Shown here piece by piece: positions 1 to 14,700 of a stretch of DNA of 64,000 nt. The translations under genes were made by a program, and so were the position numbers. The stretch lies in contig OZ249436.1 of assembly GCA_965235115.1 (NCBI GenBank), positions 31,560,001 to 31,624,000 of the forward strand. Direction: 5' to 3'. Every line of letters begins with the position of its first letter. The stretch's first letter is position 1. This DNA comes from Laetmonice hystrix. Taxonomy: Eukaryota. Below the pieces are notes generated by a model. The model made no database searches and was not told where the DNA came from. It saw nothing but the letters and a program-made list of their open reading frames with translations.

Positions 1-2793
1 CAGCACCAACACCTTGTTGGAAAGTCTCTTAAAACAGTATTTCAAGGAACAGACTTATATAAATCCCAGGTGTATTTTGGGCCGTCAATTAAGCATCGTC
101 CACTGCACATGTGAATTACAATGTATATATACAAATATTATCCAAAGAGAAAACTGCTATGAAATACAATACTAACATGTACAGCTGCTATCATTTGGAA
201 TTCTGTGTGATCTGAAACAATGTCTACGGATTGCTTCCCTTGAAACCTCAAGAATACACTTCCTCATGTGGGCACTAATGATTTAAATTCAATTGGCGCT
301 GCGGGATTTCATGCAGTGCAAGTGTAAATCGGAAGACCTGCATTTCGGCATCGCAGTCTACCGTAATGGTTTACGTTAACATGCAATGAATGACCAGTTC
401 AGTAAACCGTTGTCTCCGCCATTGTTTTTGAGGATAAACAGTTGCGTGAACTGACGGGTGAGATCGGGGAGCAGTCGCCACTACCACAAAACGTACGGCT
501 AGAATGGAGAAACACTGAGGTGGAGGGCCTGGCAGGAGGGGAGATTTTCTGCACCTTATATACCGTAGCTTAGCAACTCAACAACAACAGGGATGTCACG
601 GACACTGACGCAAAACGTACACATGTCTATAATTAGACTGCCTACTATAAAACCACTCTGTCTGGATCGGTAACGATCAACTTGAATAGTTTCTGTATAA
701 GAATTGTTCTTCTGACGTTAGAGGTCAGGGTGGCTTGGTGCAATAACTCTTGTAAATTTAGACATAGTAAAATATTTGTTCTCAAGAAATAATTTCGATG
801 CTTTGTACATTCTACAAAAGAGCAGATATCTGCTATACTATATCATGTATATAATATAATCTTTTGTGGAAACTGGTGATAAAGAATGCAGTCTTTTATA
901 AATCGATACCTTTTAAGTTTTAATAAAAAACGACGCGTATAACCCACAGATAGAAAGACCTTAACCTGCGTTTTATGGGCTAATGGCCAAATCAACCAAC
1001 GACAATCCATATAGTATCTCTTTGAACAGGAATCTTTATAAAGGTTATCACAGAATAGATTCCAACTTCTTTTAATGAGCGGTACATATGAGGAAGTCTA
1101 TTACTAAACTTGAACTAATGTTAAAATAATTTCCTCAAACTTCTGTCTACGATTCTCACAAGATTCTTAACATATTCATGTACATACCTAGATTATGGGG
1201 GCTTAGCATGATAAATCCCAAATCTTGTTCTGTTCTTAAATTCCATTATTTTTTCATTAAAATCTTAACAAATAAGCAACACTTAAAGGGGGAAACAGAG
1301 TGGCAGAAATGCACGGTGTTGGCCAAATTTGTTATTACAAAAACTAGAAAATAAATAGGGTAATTGAAAAAAAATATATAAAACTTGTCTGCGTTTAGAC
1401 TACCTTTTCATTTTTTTGTGAATGGTAAGATACTACACGTAGAACGACCACTCCTGCTGGCAGATCTGTGTGCCAGGGTTCAATACTGATGAAAAACAAC
1501 AACTAAGTGAAAGCTGAGCCTGCTGACTGTTGTTTCGTATGGCACAAAGCTCCAATGGTATTCTGCCACCTTTCAGATCATCTGGCCGGCTCAAATATCA
1601 GAAAATTACTCTACTATAGGTTAGCCTTGATGATGATCAGCCTAACAAAGGTTATCACATATAACTGCTGTAGTGTCGAAAATCTCCATGAAACTTACCA
1701 CTGGATTACATAACTAACTCACCTCACGTACATCAGAAAAATTGTCTATTGGTAAACTCCTACCTATGTAACAGTTTAGTTCTGGGAAAATATTATGTCA
1801 GGTCTTCCATAATTATCGTTTCTTTTTAGACCCAGCAAACCACATTCTTTAATCTCTTATAGATTCATCAATTCATTTTGGTACAAACATATGCGTCTCT
1901 GACACAAGCGTGAAGATCTGTACCTAATGCTAAGTGTACCGAAACCCCACGATACAGCCAAAGTACATTTTCTTCTTTGATTACATAATATCTATATTAC
2001 ATCTGTGCCTTCCACATTCCATTAAGTACACTTCTCACTCCTAAACATTGAGAAAAGCCATACCTCTCAGTGGTTCATGAGGCCTTATGCTGGTATGGCT
2101 TTCACAGTGCCGCCTGCTGGCAATGCCGTGAACCAATACGTGCCAGCACATATATATATACAGTCTATGTACACAGCAATTGTTTCATCCAAATACCGGC
2201 ACCTACGGCCCAAAATTATGGCAACACTTAAGTCTCTAATAGAGAATTATCGATATATACTTAGGACAGTTGTATTACTGCACTCTATGTTAAGAGTAGC
2301 TTGTCTGGTCTTGTTCAGCTCACTTCGCCCACTGAGGGTGGTATAATAGTAGGTTTTGCCGACTACCTGTACACCTTATAGCACCACCTCCTGAGCTCAA
2401 ATTCAAAACTCAGCTTCCAAGTGTCATGATCTGAATCAGTGGTCAAGTAACTAGAGGCTACAGTAAATGTCACCCGAGGCTTTACCTGGTATTACCACAT
2501 CATGACAGAAGCCAAGGCTTCAGGTGAACCTGGTATCAAGTTTTCATGACCTGGTCTGGTAACAAGTAAGATCACCTCTGCCTATACTCTAACAGGCAAA
2601 ACTACAGAACAAAAAACTTGGACTTAACTCCGATTAAAATCTGGCAACGATTGATGGATATGGGTTCCCTTTTTGTTTCTCTCTTCTTTGTGTGTTATTG
2701 TTTTTTGTTTTGGTTTTCACTCATTCTTGTGGACATGAAACAAGTTTATGTTATGGACAACGGTACTGATTGGCTGAGCCACATGTGCCATCC

Positions 2794-5700
2794 TTACAGG
2801 TGTGTTTCCTCACTGATGGCCCTGGCTGCTGCTGTATCAGTCGGTCCAGCGTGCTGCATGCCATCCTCCTCTGCCACAGCCAGTGGTGCTGGCCTCTCCA
2901 GGTTCCTCTCTAGGCTAGACCTGCGGTCAGGAGGAGGTGGAGGTGGCGGTGTTGGCCGGGGTGGCCGCCCACTCCCCTGCCGGTTCAATGTGCCCTCTCC
3001 CGTTCCTAAACTTGGCTTTGTTGTAGGTTTCTCTGGCTTTTCCGGTTTCTCTGGACGCTCGACGAGAGCGAAGGAAGGCGGTCGGTCGGGTTTGTCTGGA
3101 GGCGGCACCGAGGGCCGTTCTGGGGGCGGACCTCGTGGTCGCTCTGGGTTTGGGCTGCTCGGTTTTTCTGCTATTGCTGGCTTCTCTGGTTTTTCCGGTT
3201 TCTCTGGTTTAACAGGTGGAGCGGGTGGCGGTGCATTGGGCCGCTCGATGAGTGGACTAGCTGAGCTGTTGCGATCGACTGGCGGCGACACTGTGACACC
3301 AGGTGTGTCTGACAGCGCCGAGGGGCTGATCATGGAAGACTGCGAGAAGGAGGGTTTCTCAGCAATGGCTGGCTTCTCTCCAGAGGGCAGCCCCGGAGGC
3401 AGTGGTGCTGGCTTTTTGCTGGGGCGCCGAGGAACCTTGGGACTTGCACTGCCTGATGAGCTGTAACAGAATCAAAACATGCATAAACACAGACTGTCGT
3501 CAGGAGTCAATCACATCTTGTATACTGGTCTCCTCGCCTCTTCCACAAACCCTCTAATACACCGATTCGGGATATTCTTGATTCCTTAACCAAAAACTAC
3601 TGGGGTATCAGAATATTTAACCCTTTCAGGGCGAACGATGCCTTGAGGCATTACTGCCCCAGGGCAGACGATGCCTTGAGGCACTTTTTTGTCGACCTTG
3701 ACCTCCACGTAAATCTGGCCCATTGATAGCAAAGATTGTCAATCACCCAACTACAATTGTCGAGTAGCTGTACTAACTCCTCCCCCTTACATATTACATT
3801 GATTGCTATTGTCTTTTAGACATTTATGTGTCTCAAAATCACGTTTTTCGAGACGAAATCCAAAATGGCTCGCCCACGTGGGGTGGTGCACAAAACTGGG
3901 TCAGCCTCTGTGACGACTGTCACGTAACAAACGTCGCCGGCATAGGGTTAATTAAAGGGATCCAATTGCCTCAACTTTTCCAGAGATAACCCGTCCATTT
4001 ATATTTTGTGATGTCAATGCAACACGGCCGTATAGTAGCGGAATAGTAGTGGTACAGAAGAGGTATGACTTGCAGTGAACTAGCGGTAAACTTGTGGTGT
4101 GCTACCACTGAAGTGGATCAAGTGCATTACAATGAACTACATGTACCTCATTATGTGTCAATTTACTTCTAACAATAGCAAAAGTGGACGAGTAAACAAT
4201 GCCATTTTTTGCTTGGATGGTGAAAAATGAGACCGCATTTTAACACGATTTGTTGATATTCTACAAAAGAGGTTTGGCATCTGGTCTGAGATGAATTTGC
4301 AAAACATAAAGGTAGGTATATCGGAAATAGTTGAAATCTTTCTAACATCAGACGCAATTGGTTCCCTTTAACCCTTTCAAAACACGGCACTATACTACAT
4401 GAAGAATATAGCAATGAAAACACTCATGCATTCCCATGTAAATAATTTGACTTCCCTCATACACAATTATAGAATTACGACTACAAATAACACTGAATGG
4501 CATGAAACAGCCTTATGTTTAGAACAATGTCACTGAATGGTGAGGGATCAAAAAAGCGAGTACCTGTCGGAAGGAGATCCTGCTGTAAGTAAGTTATCCT
4601 GGGACGCTGACAGAGAGGCTGGTGGTGTGGGTGCCTTTGTCATAGGAGCTGCGGCCGTCTGTGGAGGCGGGGCCATCACTGGGGCAATGCTGATTGGCAT
4701 GATAGTGGGTGGTTCCGCAGGGATGGGTGCAGAGCCGCCGCCATTGGTTGACCCACCCATGGGTGAACTGGAGCTGGCCACACTGAAGTCGACATCTGTG
4801 GACCATGTTAAGGTAAGGTTAACAAATGCGATGTTCAATATCAAAATTTATCCTATGTGGCAGTCCATTGTAGAATTTAATTTAGATTTTTGTAATTTCA
4901 TTGCTTTAAAATCCAAAAAATTGACCGTTTCTCCTTAATTTACTATGTACATAGGATGAATGTCATTAAATTCCTCTACAACTATGTAAAAGATTTCATC
5001 TGAATTTTAAAAAAAAATATTTAAATACTTCAAGTTTACTGTTAAAAGATCTGAATTTCACATAGAGTTTTACGAATTCTCGCCCTACTCGTAATGACAG
5101 CTAGAATTGACATGCAATGTCAAGCTTCTGCTAAAACACAGACTCTATTCATGGCAGTCAAGTCTACAACTTGAAACTGCAAAATCAAAACAATTACAAA
5201 ATCTATGTACCGGTGATACTAAATTCTGTCCACAATACTGCAAGGTACTTTTTCAGCATTTTTCACCTCATAGTGACAATAAGGCTGAAGAACATTGGCC
5301 TGTAAAGGAAGCCTTTCACAAATCAAAAGCTTTGGAACGGAGAAATAACTCAACCAGCTACTTGGGAGTTTGATTCACAACACACACAGTGTAATCAGTC
5401 CACCACGGCTCAGATGGCAAAGAGATAAAAGTCCACCATGACTCCCATGATACTAAGATCAAGGTCGCTCCAATTACGATGGCTCAGACGTACAAATTAC
5501 GTATATAAGTCGCCGATTTCTCCTTTCTACGCTGAATTCTCCTGTAACCATCCTTTTTTTTCATTATCCGGAGAGCAAATGATCAGCACAGATCTATATG
5601 AAATGAGATTGGAAAAGACAAATACATAATACTTAGTCGAATTTGTACTTTTAGGCCATAGTACCAGTTCTTGATGCCATCAGGCCTTCCCACACCTAAA

Positions 5701-8700
5701 AGCAGAGCCTTTTCCCTTAAAGAGATGACTGTAGGACAAAATCCCCACACATGTCCCGGCTCAAGTTTGATAAAAAAAAACAGTAAATAACAAGACAGAC
5801 ACTGACACAGTCACTCTCGATTCAGCCAATCAGAACTGACCCAATTTTTGATGGTTGTCATGGACCCACTGATTCCAATAAATATATAATTATAAAAGGC
5901 TGTGTCAATCAGCACAAGCAAGCCGATCTGGACTGGTCTTGATTTTAATGGCATTGTACCTAAAGTTATCCCTTTGCCAAGTGTGGTGTACCTATTTACA
6001 AAGGTTTTTCATCTTTACTATTCCATGCAACATGCAGGAATTGTAAGACACTAAGAGAAAACAAAATCAAACACAAATCAATTGGTATGCTGAAATTCCA
6101 ACAGATTAAAATATTAACTAATTGTTGATGTACAACACTCGTATGTGCCACTAAAATCAAGATGTCTTAAAATAGAAAACAGCACAGCCAAGATGTCATT
6201 ACAGTGATATTTTATTGCTGCAACGTTTCCACACAAAACTATCAAAGCAGGAATAAAAGCTTGTCCTGCAACTATGTCTGCCAGTTTCTGTGCACAGCTG
6301 TTCTACATGCCAATCATTCCATGCCAAGATGCTGCAGGCTGGTCGATTCCAAGGTCAAAAGGCGAATTCCAAGGTCAAGCACCAGAAGGAAGGTCATGCA
6401 CCAGTAGTGAGGTCACTCCCAGCACTGTGAAAACCGTCACGCCACTCCATTCCAGATCCACATTCCCAGTTCCTCTTTTTCGGATCAACTTCTTGATGCA
6501 ACTTTTCCAACCGCGATCAGCTGTGACCAGTGGTCTTAATTCCAGACACCAGCGGCAGTCATAAGCAAATCGTTGCTGGTTCGCACACATTGAACGGCTG
6601 ATGAAAGCGATATTACACTTGTCAACGGGATTTCTTTTCAAAGCATCATGACGCTCCATATCTTCATCGCAGTATTGGAATAAAAGCATTTGTGTAACGA
6701 AGCCTTTTTTGGTTGATGGGATATGTTAGTTGTTAGTTTGTGGCATGCGTGAGGAGGGTATGGTAGGATCTGGAACAGGGGGGGCGGGGCCCAGCGCAGG
6801 GAGGGCCGGAACTATCAACAGACTATGTACGACACAGAGAGCAACAGAGGCAGCGAGAGGGGAACGCAGCGTGGCAAGGTGATCATACGGTACCTGCAGC
6901 GCCACCCTGTGTTGGCAGAGACAGCCTCTTGTTCATGTGACCGTCGAGAAGTCCACGGACAGTGGTCAGGTAATCGGACCAGCCATCGCTTGGGCCAAGG
7001 GACTGCAGTGCGAACACTGTGTTGTAGACATCGGAGTGGACACTCTTTGGGGGTGGCGGTTTAGGGGGCGGGGTAGTAGAACGTGTCGTGGGAACAATGT
7101 CCCTCTTTGTGAATCCTCTCCCTAGAGTGGCCGACTCGGAGAGCAGGTCTCCATGTAAGCTTCCATTCTTGATAGTGCTGCTGTCTGCCCCTACTTCGTC
7201 TTTGACTGGGCGCAGTCTGTGGCTGGAGCTTGCCCCGACACTGTCCTCGCTGCTTGTACTCGACTTCTCATCCAAAGTGTACCCCTTGAATGGGAGGGAG
7301 GCTGCACCAACCACACTAGTCCGGTCTCCGTTCTCATAGCTGCTGGTTTTCTGTGCTGTTCGGGGCGGGGTCCGTGGCAGTGTCAAGCCCGGGGGCACAG
7401 ACTGGCTGCGCTCATGCTGTTGGGCAGGAGACAGGGGCGCTACGAGTGTCGAGTGCGTCATGCTGAAAGCAGCATTCAGAGCGTGCGTGCTGCGTGGCCG
7501 GCCTACTCGTGGCACCATCTGGTGGTGATTTGGTGGGGGCGGAGCATACGAGCGGCGCCCATCGAGGCGGGGACTGGCCATGCCCAGGCCCGTCTTATGG
7601 AAGTCAATATCTAAAGAGGTGGGACACAGGAGGCAGACAGTAGCTTTAGTACCAGCCACATGCACGGTTCCCAGACTGCCCGCTGCCATGCCCTCCCTCA
7701 GGCCAAACTCTGGCCCTACCATACTCCCCAACTACATCATCATCATACTCTCCACACCATGCCCCTATAACAAGCAGCCCTCTACCTATAATCTCCTGCT
7801 GTTTCTATAACACGTTACCCCTCTGAAAACCACCACCCCTATCAAATCAGGCTACACTGACTGGGCCAACCTACCAACTACATGTACTAATGAACTTTCG
7901 ATCCACGGTCTTCTTCTCAGCAACCCTGCCCGGAAGACCTGCCCGGTAATGACTACCGCTATCCCAGCTACCCCTACACAGCTACAATCTCCCGGTAGAG
8001 GGCTTCCGCTTCCTGTGTTGAGTTGGTCTGATTGGTAGTGGACTATCAGATCTGTATAGAGAGTTCTACTGCCACTAATTATTCAGCTACAGGTCCATGA
8101 GACCAGCCTGTATGTTCAGTTCACTCTCTAGCCACCCCAGCCTTCAATGTTTCCCCTTCCAAAGGCAATACCTTCAAATCGACCGTTCAAAATACCAGAA
8201 GGACCCTCCCCTCCCACACCCTCTGACTCGGCCTGGCCTCTGACCTAACAGTAACAGCATAAAAATCATAACACTCAAAATCACAAACATCCACTTTAAC
8301 TCTACGAACTTTTCTTTCTACAGCTACATATAAATATGGACTGCCCCTCTGACTATCCCACTTGAAAAATCAAAGGGTTCTTCCCACCTTCCACAATCAA
8401 ACACACTCGTAGGGTCTGGGCTCGCACTGTTGGGTGATACACATAAATACTTTCAATGCTAGCGATGTCGACATGCCCTAAACAAACAAAACATGCTCAA
8501 GTATGCCTAGCTCATGGTTGTCCCTGGTGAATTTCCTCCCAGGCCAGCTGACTTCTGATATTGTGTCCAATCTAGTCAGTTGCAGGGAGACACACACAGC
8601 CTTTTCACGATCTGCCCAGAGGACACTGACAGACAACACCAATAGACGAGCAGCAACAATCAACATCAAACACCACTCACAGAACACTTACCTCTAACCG

Positions 8701-11700
8701 AGCCATGTCCCCCCCCCCACACACACACACATCTTACCTTCACAATGCATCCCTGCCTCTCAAATCATTCTAGCTTATAGCAGCAGTTAGGCCATGGCAT
8801 TTCACCAAGATCATAACAAACGAGGTGAAAAGGGAAACAACTAACCAACATAACCAACTAATTTCTCCCATTTGAAACCTTTCCAACCACTCAAATCGGT
8901 AAAACTTCTTTCCTAACAATGAAAGAGAATCTACGAATTTTAAAGCTGAAACTTGATTTCAGTGAGAACCAATCGTAGAGTTGTCCAACCAAGACAAAGA
9001 TTGACTGCCTCTGGAATACCTGACCATCCAACTGACAACTGAGAATGAAGACCTAACCACTTTCTTGGGAAAAAGAAAAGAACGTTACAACTTTCGACGT
9101 TCCACCAACACCTGTCTATTCGTGAAAGGGATTAAACACTTTGGTTGATCTCTATTTTATTCACAAGGTTTCAGGAGCAATGAAACATGTCAAACAAACA
9201 TACCTTCAGGAAGTGAAACTCAAGAATCTTTCTTCTTTGCATAGGTCCCCAAATCTGTGAATACCTCATCCCCAACAGAGGCAACCCCTGAGCTGGCATG
9301 GAAGCACAAACCTCTACCAGCCGCATTCACATAGCAGGCACAGATCGACAACCACTCAATAAATGGGTCAGATTAAGATTTTTTAGGTCACAGTGACCTA
9401 GTTTAAGTATGATGAAACTTGCTATCGAATGACTGGTGGAAATCCTATGACCCATTTATGTGGTAACGGAGTAGAAATAATTTGTGCAGTAACGGAGTAG
9501 AAATAAACAATCAGATTACAGATATTGTACAAATGTAACTTTGACCTGTATCAGACAACGACACATTTCAATTTTCGAAGTATGATCAAAACAATCCCTG
9601 AAAAGGACGTCAATTTCATACTTGTTTAAATCAGCCCTTAGTAACCCATCCAGTCTGGTTTGGCAGTCCTGACAAGTCCTGTCTTTGACTATGTCTCTGT
9701 CTCAACACACCTATTATGTTTAAGAGTAACACCGGACTAATCAATTCTGTGTTCACCAATCAGACCAGATTTTTGAGGTTTCATCCTATGTAGAAACACT
9801 GAAATCAACTCAAACTATTGTTTCTGAGGCAGAAAGGTTAGGGGTCCTTCTATGACTAGAATTCCACTCAATTCTTATGACAAATCTTAACTTCCAGTGA
9901 GGCAGGGTATTTAATTAAGCATAAGGTAATAATAATTGCATCTGTACACGGTACATCGTGAAAGGCGGGCAGACATTTTGTTTTTAAAGGAAAAAAGTAC
10001 TAAAGATGGCAGCACCGTACATACCTCCAGGGAAGAACCAATCGGCGTGCAGTATCATCTGCTCGACAATTGAACTTTGTATACTTGTGTTCAGTACGCT
10101 TGGGCTGCAAAGATCAACACCAACTTAAAAGATGTTGGTTGGTCACTGAATTTTCCAATTTTGTTTTTTCTCAGTTTAAAATCCAGAGCCATTCCTGTCT
10201 AAAATCACTGACATCACTGTCTAAAATGACTAATTAGTACCGTTTTCCATTAAAGTATCTTCCGGAAATCCACTTGTACAAAATAATTGCAGTTAGGTTC
10301 AGCAGTACAGTCCTTAGGTTTGTCCCATCAAATAATTAAATGATCCCGAAAGGAGAGAGAACTAAAATCGACCCATTACCTCCACTGACTTCGGATATCT
10401 GGCCCCACATTCCAAGACCACTACCCACTTCAGAAACATCTTTGTTGCACTGGTTGCTATTGAACCTACCCGCCGTCGCCTGGTGCCCACATCAAGTTGG
10501 GGCCCATGACTATAGCAACATTGCTGGCAGACATCTTGTTTAAATCCTGGCTCTCCGTCAGCTTGGCAAGAAATTTGATAAGGTACCTGTGGGAGCGAGG
10601 GGACATAATATAAGGGAGGACAAGTGTAGCTCACCAATTCTGTTTTCTTATGCATCCTCACAAATATCGTACACATCACAGATGCCATTGACTGTAACAG
10701 TAAAGCTTGTACTGGCTCTAGTCATCTGCCAATATCATTACAAGAGTTTGTTATTGACCAAACTAGTAGTCTGCATTAAATGAAGCAGACAACCACCACA
10801 AAAATATACCGTACCTCGCATTTAAGGAAAACATATATTTTGTAATGTACTTACCTAAGATTATTATAATTTGGTTTTGGTAATTTATCTAATACAACCC
10901 ATAAGGCTTGCAGTCGTTGGTCCTGGGGTCTGAAAGGTCAAATGGCACTCAGTCAGGTTACATAAGCACAGCTGATTGAGACTGTATTTAGAAATGCAAG
11001 AAAGTTAAAAATGAAGAATCACAAGTTACTTACAGGTGTGCAGCTTTCATCCAGTCTGAGTACAGGTCAAAAGTCATAAGGGGTTCTGGAAGTTCTCGGA
11101 GGTACAGCTTGAGAGCGCCAGCAACACAGTGGATGTCTCGGACATGGTCACTCATCTCCACTATACCAAAGTCAAAGGCCGCCTGAGAGCGGATGGGAAG
11201 GGGAGAGAAACTAGCGTTAACACCCTGGTAATACAGTAAATCATTGTAGAATTCCATCTAGGTTGTCATGAAGACCTACTCATAATATAAAAGACATTCT
11301 TTCAGTATCTTCCGTGAAGTACAATGTGTTACTTTCACCCAAACGTGACTGTTAAGGCATTAATAAGGCCTTCATTTTTTTGGGTCACCAAAGATTGGGT
11401 TTCCCAAATTCAGGTGCCAGACATAATGACTTACTTTTAATTTCTTGACTTTGGAAGCACTTCCTGCCACTCGGAACAAACCCTGCAAAGTACACAAATG
11501 AGAGATCCTGACGATTCAAATCACTCTACCAATAGCATAACCTCTGAGGCATGATTCTACATCTCCTCTAGTACTAGACAGTCTTAACAACAGATCACCA
11601 CGTGTGCTTTGAGTAGACTGTCTTTGCTGTTTGTTTATAGATTTCAACCCAGTTTCAGACCCAGTGAGCCACCAGTTTCTTTACTCACCTCTTCCTCAAT

Positions 11701-14700
11701 GCCTACAGTCAGCAGGGTACAGACACAGTCTTCTATCACGGCGGCGATGTCACGATTGTTTCGCTTTAAATGGTCCTCTAGTGGCTCTCCATACACAGGA
11801 GTGGAAGAAGCGAATTCTGAGAGATAAAACATGTAACGCCTGACCAGTCTTATTGATATCATATGATGCCTTGCAGACTTGATCCTGCAGCTTCTATTTT
11901 GATATTAACTAAAAGTCCAACTTCTTGCTAAATTTTCTTTGGTAAATTCACATTAAAAATCGAACCGCTTGAAATCTACAACGGTTTTTACAATTTTAGA
12001 CAACTACCACTTTCTGGCTAGTACTTGGTCCTTCTTTCAACTGATGCAAATTCGTTGAGAATAGCTGATTAAGTACATGTATATGGGGGGGGGGGGTATA
12101 TCATCAAGGCAGTGTGGCTTTGCATACTGTTCCCAGATTTCTCATTTTCATGCGTGTAGTCATCAGATAGGTTGATAACGAGTCAGTACCAGGTGTGGCA
12201 AATTTAAAGAAATACATGTAAATAGAAGTCACATATATGTGACAATTTAAATGCATTGGTATTGCTACTACTGTAGTTCTTACTAATTCCGGGCCCCCAG
12301 ATTTCTTGACAGGCTTCCAGATTTCAAATTCTGGTAGCCCGGCTGGCTCCCAGATTTTTTCTAACCCTGTAAACCCTCTTGCTTACAATTAAAAATGTCT
12401 TTATTCTCTCGGGTCTAGATGATAACCCTGAAACTCACCTATCTGTTCCTCCATTTGTGGTAGCAGGCGCTCCAGGACGTCCAACGCCTTCTTGTGGTAC
12501 TCAACTTCCGACCTCACCATCTGCCAGGAGCAAGGTCAAAACAAGGTTATGGTCAGCAATACAACCCTGTTTATCCCCCTTTGTATCAGTGTATCGGGGG
12601 CACCCCCCCAAAAGTTCCCTTTTACAACTAAAAAGCCTTATTTTTACAAACAAAAGTGCCCTTTTTTACAACAGACCCCCCCCCCCCGCCCCCAAATATA
12701 GCACGATGCTAGACCCCTGAATATAGACCCTAGATCCGCCCCTGCATAGTGCCAGAGTGTATTGGGGACAAAGTACCGGTTCAAAACCGATTAAACAAAA
12801 GAAACAAATTAACACCCACCTCCAGAAATAGCATGAACAAATTCTCTTAATTTTTCCCTTACAACTTCTGGCTTTCATGACCCACAGGGTCTCTTAACAG
12901 AGCTGCCTACCCAAAAACACAAGTTTGAGTATAACCAATTGTGATTTCGAGTATAAATGGATGACTTTCGAGTACAATTCTCCCAAAACCTTATGTATGC
13001 TAAATTTTCCTTAGTGTATGCAGTTAATATTTGTTAATACAGTTGATGTAATTAGTTAAGAAATACATCAATGATAAATAAATAACAATAAACAAAACCT
13101 TTGAAAAATAAGCACAAATATACATTTTCAACCTTCATATACTATATGGAGACCACACTGTGGCGCTAAGTATGTGCGTTAACCATGTGTGGCGCTGGGA
13201 TGGGTCACCCCGCCATAGAGCATACTGTATGTACATATAAGGAATTAATGGAGGAATGGCAGAAGTGCATAAATGCGCACAATTATGAGTATACGTCGTA
13301 CAACTATCGAATTTCGTGATATTGCGTACAAAATACGCAAAATGTGTAGTGGTAGGCAGCTCTGTCTTAAGGTCAACCCTCCAAAGGTCAACGTCCTCGG
13401 GAACTCACCTCTAGAATCATGCGACTGTATTCCGATTCCCGTGATAAAAACGTATACATGTCTGTAGCAAGCTGGTCCTGGAAGTATATTTAATACCAAA
13501 GAGGTGAGATCACGGCAATGATCACGATCACGATCGCGATCACGATCATGTCTGTAATCCTGACATCATCTGAATTCAATATGATTTCTGTGATACCAAA
13601 ATTAGACAAATTTTGCCACCTTCTTTCAAGTACTTGATTTGCTATTTTCTTTCCCATGTCTGTAAATATGCTGCCGAATGAAAATGAATACAGACCCTGC
13701 ACTGCTCTACGCGATGGGCAGCCTCCTCCATTTCATCCCTCAGAGTGTCTGTTTTGGAAGCAGATGTATTACCCGCATGGTTCTGCTTCACGGACGAGGT
13801 GTAGCGAGAGCGAGACGAGTCCATATCAAGGGTAAGTTTGGCGAGGTGTTTGCGCTGCTTCACAATGGCTGGAATATCCCCCTTATGAAAAAAAATGGGT
13901 ACAGTTGTTTTCATTTGTCAGAGGGCAAAAATGAGATGTTCTGGTAGTTGTGAAACAAAGAACAGATAATCAGTTTCATAAAATGAGGTACTTAATGTTT
14001 CGCTTACTTCTAGTAGTTGTTGCATGGGCCCAAGTGTTTTGCTCTCCACGTTCATCTCATGTTGAACGTAGTCTCTTGCGATTGACATGGTCGTGTTGCC
14101 ACACAACTGGAACATCTGGCCAAGCAAGGTTCCTATCATCAGCTGCGATGCTGACTCCAGCATGCTTGATGCTAGCAAGGATTCTGGCAACTTTTTCTGG
14201 TAAAGGAAAAAAGGCAGTAAAACGTCAATTAATGCTTCCTGAAATAGTTAGGAATTATAACAGGTAATCACTAAACTATCAGTTCCATTCATCAAACTAC
14301 TTCCTTTTTCACAGGTCCTTATGAAGCATATCAGTCGGTGTTAACATTATATTGTGAATGACAAAGCTTGAGCAGCTTACCATGCGTTTGTCGTGGTCTG
14401 GTCCGCTGGTCTGTATGCAAGCAGACAGCCGTTTGTGTGTCGTGTGACATACTTGACGAATTAAGTCGACACGCTTTTCAAGGGTGAGCTGGTCTTCTGA
14501 CAAAACCTCCGATTTCTCTGCCCTGCAAGACATGGAAGAACACAATCATGTATAGACCGTTGACTGTTTAAACGGATACATGTATGATTACGCTGAAGAC
14601 GATGTCGTTAATTGCCTATTTCTATTACCTGAATTAAATCATCAACATTGCACACATTCCGGGGAACGTCAGGAAAAATTGCTCCCATATATATATTACC

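Noticed and set aside
405..575. Short open frame on plus strand near window start
   Set aside because: No recognisable homology, start codon or splice context; left unassigned.
2618..3466. 282-aa plus-strand ORF
   Set aside because: Antisense shadow of the Pro-rich terminal RhoGAP exon.
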